Assembly: GCF_006345805.1 (NCBI RefSeq)
Contig: NC_042997.1
Span: forward strand, 90,706,001 to 90,770,000
Direction: 5' to 3'
Source: Octopus sinensis
Taxonomy: Eukaryota
Length of the DNA: 64,000 nt
Made by a program: the position numbers and the translations under genes. The notes below the pieces were generated by a model. It saw only the letters and a list, made by a program, of their open reading frames with translations, did not search any database and was not told where the DNA came from. Positions 54,502 through 64,000 of this stretch are shown here, piece after piece (the stretch's first letter is position 1; each line of letters begins with the position of its first letter).

Positions 54502-55759
54502 CATACATACATACATACACACACACACAGATGTGTGTGAGGATCAACAATATATGTCTTGCATGATACAGATATATACATTATATACCATGTATGATAT
54601 AGACATGTATTACATATGCAGATACAGATACCCACACCAAACAAAGGGTTTGTGATATAAACAGATATATATATATATATATATACCCTTTACATTGAGC
54701 ACAATTCTCAACTATTCTTATTTTACTGATGCCAAAAGGATGAAAAGCAAAGTCAACTTTGGCAAAATTTGAACTCTGAACATAAAGATGGATGAAATGC
54801 CACTAAGCATTTTGACCAGCAAGCTAATAAATCTGCCGGCTCATTATAAATTAATGTATAATGTCAGTGTATTATATAATAATCTTAAGTAAATGTACAT
54901 TGTGAAGTGGTGGTGGGAGGATGCTATATGGTAGTGGTGGTGTCTGGAGTGGTACATAGTGCTGATGAGTTGTGTGATAATCCTTTTGTCAAGTGTAGTG
55001 GTGCTCATCTTGTGGGGTAATGCCGAGTTGTGAGCACTGATCATGTATTGTGCTGTAAAGTTGACATGTTGTGTTGTGATAGTATCAGTGTGTAGTTATA
55101 TGGAATGTTGTAAGATAGTGTTAGTCTGTTGGAGTGGTAGTGCTGATGTATTAGGCAGTTGATTTGGCATGCTGCTGGGTATTGTGGATTGTGTAGTAGT
55201 GCCGGCTGTATTGTGTAGTAGCATTGTTGTTGTGTTATAGTTTTTATGTATTATGCAATAGTTGAGCCTTACAAAGGAGGTGACAGAGGACTGAGATGTG
55301 GCACATTACTGTACACAAGAAGAACTGTCCACCACAACAGAAGTGAGATCCTAAAACCAAGGTGTCAAGTAAAAAGCATTGGTGTGGATGTTGGTGCCAT
55401 GTAAAAAGCATTGATGATGATGCCACATAAAAAGCACAAGTGATGGTGCCATGTAAAAAACACCCAGTTCATTGTTAAGTGGTTGGCATTAGGAAGGGCA
55501 TCCAGCTGTAGGAACCAAGCCAACACAAACTATGGAACTTGGTGCAGCCCCTGACCATGCCAGTTCCTGTCAAGCCATCCAATCCATGCCAGTATGGAGA
55601 ATGGATGTTAAATAATAATGATGAGTGCTGTAGTGTTGTGTGGTAGTGCTAGAGTGATGTATAGTAACATGAGAATAATATATAGTAGTTTGGGTTTGTT
55701 ATATAATAATGGATGTTAGTGTTGGCATAATGAACAATAGTTTTGATGCCAGATAAAAC

Positions 55760-56320
55760 CGAATATTCCAAAAGCATAACAGGTGATACATTATATAATA
55801 TAACCAGACTGTCTACAGCAATGGTATGGTAACTTCTTCACAAGTTTGTCACCACCATAAAACATTGAAAGCATTAAAAGACAACATCACATTCTCGTAA
55901 TTGGTAATTTCTATTAAGTCTTTCTTCACCATTATACTACATGTTAAACTTTATTTCACTGCAATCAAAGCTTCTTCAGTAACACCTTGACTATATATTG
56001 TTTACTATGCAATAACTACTTCACTGTTCACACTTCACCAATGCAATGTTTTCCAAAGTAAACCAAACAGTGTAAATAATCCGTGTGAACATCTCAGTAA
56101 AGAGGCTGTTATTCTACAATCACTGCTCAAACAACTCAGTTTACAGTGTGCAAATTTTCACAGTTACAGCAGCAACACCGACATCTTCCATTCAGCTTTT
56201 AGACTCCTCACCAAACAAACGCAGAACAAGCTTGTCTAGCTTACATTTTCAAAGCAAAGATTTAAGTCAACTATATAATCTCAAACACAAGTATAAAAGT
56301 GCTTCAGTGTAAATGTGGTG
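55760..56320 (-). mobile_element. Possible hAT transposase remnant
   Basis: Weak minus-strand similarity to CFAHxLNLVV (~56130-56160) and to PF..AT.L...YPT (CFMVVTNL*RSYHTIAV, ~55815-55865). Confidence 0.35.
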
Positions 56321-56757
56321 GACGGAACAATATTTATAAACATGTCTTCATGTACTATATCAGTAGCATCACCATTATCATTAATAGCATCATTATCATC
56401 GTTATCAATACCAAAAATTAAGTGATGCTAGTGTTGTATGAGAAGAGCATGATTGTCACTCATTGATTTTTGTTCAGCCAGTACCCATATTTTCAGTTAT
56501 CCAGGTTCAATCCAACCCATACCAGCATGGAAAACAGACATTAAATGATGATGATGATGATGATGATGATTTTCGACTGCTCCGATTACTCATTATCTAT
56601 CTCTCTAAAATTACCATTTAACAGTTACTGATTTGTTCACCCATTTTTATTGCAACAGCAGACACTCTCATAAATATACCAACTATAGACACTTTTGCAA
56701 ATTATTATTGTAACTTATCCTGATTACCCAATCCACCATTGTTTATCATAATGACTA

Positions 56758-56975
56758 CAAGCAAGTGCTGAAAAGTTCCTGACTTTGGGTAAAAGAAAAT
56801 ACAGGAGGATCAGCTAATTATGATTTTATTCAACATATTCCCCTCTCAAATTCACACATTGCAGCAGTCCTTTAGTTTTTCTAAACCCTGTAAAAGAACT
56901 CAGAACATTGGGTCTCCAACAAGGTCATTTGCAGTACCCTTAAAGCCAGGAACTTTTCATCACCCCCTTCCCTTG
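56758..56975 (-). mobile_element. Mariner-derived MITE with TIRs and TA target duplication
   Basis: TA|CAAGCAAGTGCTGAAAAGTTCCTGACTTT ... AAAGCCAGGAACTTTTCATCAC...TTG|TA. Internal minus-strand GGGGAATATGTTGAATAA encodes the mariner C-terminus GEYVE*. Confidence 0.8.
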
Positions 56976-59900
56976 TAGATAACAACACACCATGTATTTT
57001 TTTCCTCTCCAGCAAGTTTTTTTTCCTTCTTTTCTAACTATCTTCACAAAGAATAAATTGCTCAAAATTCATGATACCCCAAACATAGACACTACCATAG
57101 GTTATCTCATTGTAGTTTCTAGTGGAGGCTATTCCAACTGTAGTCCTTACCATATAATAACCCCAACCATAGGTACTACTGTAAATTACCCCTAACTATA
57201 GTCTATACCATAACATCCTTATTCCAACTGTAGACATCTTCATAAGACACACACACTTTGGTCAATATCATAAATTGCCCAAACACAAATAGGGTACATT
57301 ACACCTTAACAAGTATTTAAAAATTCACCAAATGAAATTATTTTTCTATAAGGTAGAAGAGAAATCTAATTCCTTGGACAGAATTAGACAGAAATCTTCT
57401 CTCTTTTATCAACTGCAAAATGGTTTATTTCCATTTAGTAAACTATTTGTATTAATACTTGCTGACACAGATTATCACTAGTTTCCTCTGATTCTACTGG
57501 TTCACTGTAGCAAGTATAGACAGCAGACAATGTGATCTTACACAGTATCTTTATACAATGCACATAGATTACCTCAGATATTCTATGATGTAAAGTTATC
57601 TCATATAACTGATATAGTCACAACATGAACCTAACTGGAATTCTGACAAAAGAAGACAAACACATTTAGTAAATTAGTACTGAACCCATACCAGTCACTT
57701 GACAGACATGATCAACTGACAGACTTGACTAATTGGTGTCACCATAACAATATTAAAAGAGAGAGAGAGAAAGAGAGAGATTTTAAAATACAAATTGATT
57801 AAATGTCAGAGCAATGAGAATTGGATGATGGCTCTGTTACTGACTGAATACTTGACAGGGTAAGAATAACTGAACATTAGAGCAGGTCCAGTGATTGCCA
57901 AGAAACTGTCAGCATATTTTAAAGATTTCATGAATATGGCACTGAATCAAAGGGAAATTGCTGACAAAACACCCATCTTATTCGTGTGTGTGTCACTGCT
58001 GTGATAGTTTGTTTGATATAACAGACCTGCACAACTGATTAGTTAACTTCCATTTGTTGAGTGTCCCAACAGAAATTTAGAAATAAATGACTCACTGCTG
58101 ACCAATGGGACAAGTCAATATTTGACTAAGGAAATGGAGACTGATGTGAGATGAAGTGTGATATGGATGGTCATATGGATGAAAAGAAGGTTAGAAAGAA
58201 TTTCCAATATTACTAAGAAATCTGCTATGAGATTTCTTGTTGATAATTTAATTTACAGAGTAGATGTTACATAAATTAAACATTTTACAGAAAAAAGTTT
58301 CTGTGCAAATATAATGAACACATTATGCAAGTCAAACAGGGGGTTTTTTTCTAATTTTTTATTTGTTCAATCATTGGACTGTGGTCATGCTGGGGCACTG
58401 CCTTGAAGGGTTTAGTTAAATCAACTCCAATACTTATTTTTTTAAGCTTGGTACTCATTCTATCAATCTCTTATGTCAAGCTGCTAAGTTATGGAGGCAT
58501 AAACAAACCTACACAAGTTATCAAAAGAGGTGGTGCAGGACAAACATACACAAACACACACACACAGAGGCTTCTTTTAGTTTCTATCTACCAAATCTAC
58601 TCGCAAGGTTTTGGTCTAGAACTACATAATCAAATATATCCTTCCCAATTTTTTAAGACGTAAGATGTAATTTGAGGGAGACTTGACTGCTATTTCTAGT
58701 AGGCTGTGGAACCATGTAGGAGCACCTTCACTGTTTTTAGAAATATAATGTTCTTGATGATATGGTTAACATAAGACACATAATACGCATAACACAAATT
58801 GTGTGATATTACTATGCAATGCAGCCCCCATTAGCAAAAAATCTTGCAGCACAAACTGGATAACAAGCTAAATAATTCAGATATGTAACATATATTATGC
58901 AACATAAATTGAACAATGTACAAACATAGCAACATAGACTTTCTGGGGTTTTTTAATACTGTTTTACAAACATTTGTGCATGGCAAGATGAGAAGGTTTT
59001 TGTACAAGCATACATTTTTACAGCTGGAAGCCCTTTCTAATTCTGATCACCAATCAACTGTAAAGTAGGTGTGGAACCTGTTTTTGCCAGCCAGGCTAAG
59101 TAGAGAAAAGGGAGTTATATGCCTCCATATACTGTGGTTTCAATTCCTCATCATCATCATTTTAACATCTATTTTCTATGCAAGCATGGGTTGGATGGAA
59201 TTTGTGGAGGTGGATTTTCTACAGCGGGATGCCTTTCTTGTCACTAACCATATCTGTTTTAAGTAAGGTAATATTTCCCCCTTAGCCAGACATGTTTTCA
59301 TGAAAAACTGCAAACAAAGGATGCCACTTGCATAATAGTGACACTCACCACTATCACACAATGTCAAAACAAAGAAACATTAACACATGCATGCACGCAC
59401 ACACACAAACAGGTTTCTTTCAGTCTCCATCTACCAAATCCACTCACAAGACTTCGGTCAGCCCGGGGCTATAGTAGAAGATATTTGCCCTAGGTGCCAT
59501 GCAGTGGGATTGAACCCAAAACCATATAGTTGGAAAGAATACTTCTCACTACACAGCTACACACGTGCTTATACAGCCATACCTGCACCTTGAATAATCA
59601 GAGCAACTGAACTATTTTCTCATTGTTTTATGTGTTTTTCCATATTTTCATAAGTGGAGCTTTTTTACAGATGGATGTCCTTCCTACTACTAACTATCCA
59701 ACTGTGAAAAACAAATGGGACCTTTTCTCCCTTTCTTTTTATTAAACAAAGCTTTATGGACATTGCCAAGTGGCTTAATTCAGAAGTTGTTAAAGGTATG
59801 TATTCAAAAAGTATGTGGTCAATAGTCCCACCTCATAGTAATTGCACCTTGTTGTTATGTGTCACAAATTATACAGCATAAAAGCTAATAGCATTAACTG

Positions 59901-60576
59901 GGTGAAACAAGCTGAACAACACAAAGTTTAATACAGAAAGTGAGCAACAAAACTGATGCAAAAAACACTGCACAAAACAAATCCTACATCATTATGTAAG
60001 CTACAAAATATTTACTCACAACAAAGTATGTTCAAGAAAGTGTGCACGTGCACACACGCATGTGTGTGTGTGTAAGGTAGTCAATAGAAGGACAAAGATA
60101 GGACTAAGTATCAAGGTAGTCAATAGAAGGACAAAGTATCAAGGAAGAAAAGCAAAGAATCAATAAGAAGCCCAACATTTGTGCAGCCATTCAGATTACA
60201 TCTAAACTGAAAGAGAAAAATGTTACAGTAGAGTATGCTAAAATAGAATTCTGTATATCTTACTTAACATGGATATAATGTAGAAAGCCACAAAACTGTG
60301 ATATTTGTCTCAAGATAGCATTTTATGATGACACAGTGCTAAAAAGCACAGAAGTGTATCAGTAGCAGAAGAAATGTATCCAGCAGCAGCAGCAGTGAAA
60401 TTGTTATGTGTAGATTTCTGCATCCTTGAGCATCATCAATAGCAAGTCTCCAATAACAACCACATGCTAGACAAATTTAGCTTCTACTGATAGAATTAAA
60501 GCACATACACTTAACACAATTCCCATGCAACATAGATATTAAGGGTTAACTTCTATATTTAGCATGAGCTACTCAC

Positions 60577-60731
60577 CTATAGCCACTTGCAATTTCATCG
60601 GTGATTTGACTGACAGGCTGTGTTGAAGAGGATGGAGTTTCTATAACTGCATCCTGTGATGATGGTAATGAGGCTGGAGAGACTGGTGAAGCTGGTGCCG
60701 TAAATACACATTCCTTTGTAGAATTTGAACG
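60577..60731 (-). CDS. MORC2: MORC2-like protein, internal exon (S/P-rich linker into the C-terminal helical region)
   Basis: ttatttttacag|...|gtgagt, 155 nt, phase 0-2. Encodes RSNSTKECVFTAPASPVSPASLPSSQDAVIETPSSSTQPVSQITDEIASGY(R). AG+A completes the Arg codon with the 52097 exon. Upstream exons (GHKL ATPase, CW finger) would lie beyond 64000. Confidence 0.85.
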
Positions 60732-60860
60732 CTGTAAAAATAAGATAATTTATTACATTACACACAGAAGAAAAAGGTATACATGACGTCTTTTGAACTT
60801 TATAAACAAAAGTATGTGTAAGAGAAGTACATGAGGAATATATTTTTAGAAATCTGAACA

Positions 60861-61216
60861 GACGCAGGTGTGGCTGTGTGGTAAGTAGCTTGCTTACTAA
60901 CCACATGGTCCCAAGTTCAGTCCCACTACATGGTACCTTGGGCTAGCGTCTTCTACTATAGCTTCAGGTTGATCAAAGCTTTGAGTGGCTTTGGTAGACA
61001 GAAACTAAAAAAAGCCCGTTGTGTATAATTAGATGTATATTGATGTAAGCATGTCTTTGTTTCTGTTTGTCATGGTGTTGGTGTGTTTACATCCTCATAA
61101 CTTAGGAGTTCAGCAAAAGAGACCGACAGAATAAGTACTGGGATCGATTCGCTTGACTCAAGGTGGTGCCCCAGCATGGCCACAGTCAAATGATTGAAAG
61201 AAATAAAAGATAAAAG
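60861..61216 (+). mobile_element. SINE family A copy 130 bp from the MORC exon acceptor
   Basis: Runs from head GACGCAGGTGTGGCTGTGTGGTAAGTAGCTTGC to tail CCCAGCATGGCCACAGTCAAATGATTGAAAGAAATAAAAG. Confidence 0.85.
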
Positions 61217-61710
61217 ATTTACACACACATACAGAAACACACAAACGTCTATGCATGTGGTATAGTTTTACCTCTATTTCTCTGTATTACCAAGGATGGA
61301 ATGGTTTTTGACAAATTTTAATATTTGTCAATTGTTGGAGTTTTCTAACCTTTACCTACTCAGACATGAAGAAGTGAAAAGTGACAATTCACAATGGAGC
61401 CAGTAAAGCAGAGCGAGGTACCATTCTTAGAAACAAAAATGTGTGTGTGTGTGCACGTGCATGCATAAGCATACACTACACCTATGCCAAATATTTACTG
61501 AAGCTGCACATCAAGGGTTGAAATATAGTCACCAAAAGTCTAACAAGTGAAGGAAACAATAATCATTATTGATTTGTAGGAACATGGTATTTCGTTATGC
61601 AGGTCATTAATATTTACGTACTAGCTTTCCAGGAATGTGTTTAATATGCAAAATAACGTTACACTGCTGTATTTAGTGGTCATTTAAGCATTGAGTTCAT
61701 GTATGGTTAA

Positions 61711-61776
61711 TAGGTTGGATGGGTGCTGATGAAGGAGCAAAGACTCTTGAAATATGGTATATATGCCCATCACCTA
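61711..61776 (+). ncRNA. Type I hammerhead ribozyme motif, antisense to the MORC intron
   Basis: Stem I GATGGGTG/TGCCCATC, extended by TAGGT/ACCTA. Core CTGATGA at 61726-61732. Stem II AGGAG-caaaga-CTCTT. GAAA at 61749-61752. Stem III ATAT-ggt-ATAT. Cleavage triplet AUA, with the cut predicted after 61763. Confidence 0.75.
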
Positions 61777-63778
61777 CTTTCCATCTTGGATCTCATTTTT
61801 TGTTTACATAAGGTGTCTTGGATACAAAACATTGCAACAAAATCAGTGCTGCCTATAATTCCTATAGAAAATTTGTACAGATAATCTTAATAAATAGTCG
61901 TTAACTGCTATGATAGATAATCAAAAGCAAGTACCTGTGTTCATGATCTTGGAAAAACGTTTACAGTACTTGCAACAAGGTGTGTTTAAAATAAATTAGT
62001 ATGTGTGTGTGTGTGTGTGTGTGCATGTACGGTCAAGCTGTCAGATTGAAAGACAAAGTATCAAAAGAGAAAGCGTCAAGAAAAGATAATCATAAAAAGA
62101 CAGTACAGCAAAAGTGATGAAAGGTTAAAGAAGGTAATAAGGCAAAAAGTAGTGGAGGATGGCAAGGAGAGAGAGAGAGAGGAGAGTGTGTGTGTGTGTG
62201 TGTGTGTGTCTATATGTGTGCATACATATGCACAGAGACATGCGTATTTTGTGTAGGCATTCAACTCAATGTCTAAGAGGAGTCACAGAATAAGAAAAAC
62301 AGGTTGAGTAAAGTAGTGCATACTTTTAGGAAGACAGGACTGGGTTGTTGGAAGATAAGAAAGGCAGTTGAAGAACAATAAGCTAAGTAAAAACCCCGTC
62401 TCTACTGACATTGAGTTAAACATCTATGAAACATGAACTAACATCACAGCAAAGGATAAAAGAAATTTTACAGGGATAATAAACAATACAGAAATCTTGT
62501 TATTCAGGCTATTATTATTTTTGCTATTTTTTATATTGTTTTATTAACATTGTTATTTTTTTTTTTTCCCTATTTCTTTTATATACATTGCATTTTTGTA
62601 CACAGATGCTTTTCAGTGCACCCAAACCACTTCTAGGCCAACAGTCTTATTAGATTGTGAGGTGCACAACCAAACATGGATAACTGTGCAGGAACAACGG
62701 TGGGGTGGACAGGAGAGTTGGTTGTGGAGAAGCTTCAACAGTAGTAAAGAATGGCTGAAAGAGGCAGGTGAAATCTAATCTCCCTGCCCCAAGAGACTGA
62801 TGCTGTCCTTTTCTAAAAGAGTCACAAAACAATGTCATCAACAGTGGTGATGCTGGTTGTTGATTTTATTTACCTATTTTTCATACTTTTGTCATTGTTG
62901 TCGATTACCTTTTGTCTCCTACTTCTTCTTCCAACATCCCCATTCGATTATCATTACCACCACTCACCCCACCTCACTCAAAATGCATTTGTTCCACAGC
63001 AACCCACCTCTTTGTCATGTATTAGAATATTGTGTATTTCTGGATGAACAGGTGCTGCATCTTCAGTTAGGTGCTGTTAGGTTCCATATTCCATGGAAAC
63101 ATTTCAAATGTGCATGCACACACACGTGTGCACGCACGCGCACACATGCATGCCTGTGTATCTATATGTAGTTACACATGCCAGCTATGGATAGATATAT
63201 ACACATACATACATTCCATAAAAATGATACATTCATACATTTTTCTTTTTCCCATACACACACACAAAAGTGTTGATGGATGGATGGATATATATATATA
63301 TATATATATATATGAAACTCACTTTCTTACAAATACATACACACACAGAATGTAACTTTATGACAAAGATGCATCAACACACATGCACATACAAAGGTAG
63401 TAGTGGGTAATAAGATAGACTGTGTATACAATTGTGGAATGAGCACGGAGAAGAGAGCTGAATGACAGAAAGAAAGGCCACAGCTGGTGACACAGCAACT
63501 ACTGAAGGGCTGATTGGTTCATAGGTAGACATGAAAGGATCAGCTGGAAGCAGAGATAACTTTGGTTCCTATGCAGAAGAATGAGATTCACTAGACCTCA
63601 ATATGTAATGACAGGTTCTATAATGGCGGGCAAGATAGGTTTAGTAAGAGGGTTTAGTGGGCTGAAGAAAAATACATTTACTAAAGTAATATGTGTGATA
63701 TGACTGGATATCGTACAGTTGCAGTCAATGGCTTTATACACACAAAGACAATGCAGTTAACAACTAGACATCCTCACA

Positions 63779-63819
<41 letters not shown>

Positions 63820-64000
63820 TATAAAGAGTCAAGCAGTACATAACCTTGTAGAAAAACACATTCATGTAGACAATTAGGTAATAGAGTATTAACTGATACA
63901 TACAAGCATATACAGATAGATACACACACATTGTAGGTTCTCTGCACACTTGTGCAATCTGACATTAAATGATATTTTGTTTTTTTACATTAATATACCT

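Overview
AT-rich, microsatellite-dense animal DNA. The SINE families resemble those I recall from Octopus, so a cephalopod origin is an inference. The window has two domains. (1) 1 to about 24.4 kb is intergenic and keeps its CpGs. It holds decayed transposons: two mariners, a Penelope-like element, CR1/Jockey-like and R4/Dong-like LINE relics, three head-to-tail L1/Tx1-like elements that all keep ORF1 but have lost most or all of RT, and tandem SINE arrays. (2) About 24.4 to 64 kb is the CpG-depleted 3' part of a minus-strand MORC2-like gene. Its last four coding exons (60731-60577, 52097-51965, 50357-50241, 28041-27952) splice in frame across GT-AG introns, including a 22.2-kb last intron. 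The most notable extras are a type I hammerhead ribozyme with an intact core lying antisense in a MORC intron, a ~110-bp inverted templated insertion in one Tx1 copy, a CpG-decay boundary near the likely gene end, candidate alternative terminal exons and a ~38-bp tandem repeat just after the stop codon. Most ORFs in the supplied track are microsatellite artefacts. TE boundaries are approximate unless terminal repeats are quoted.
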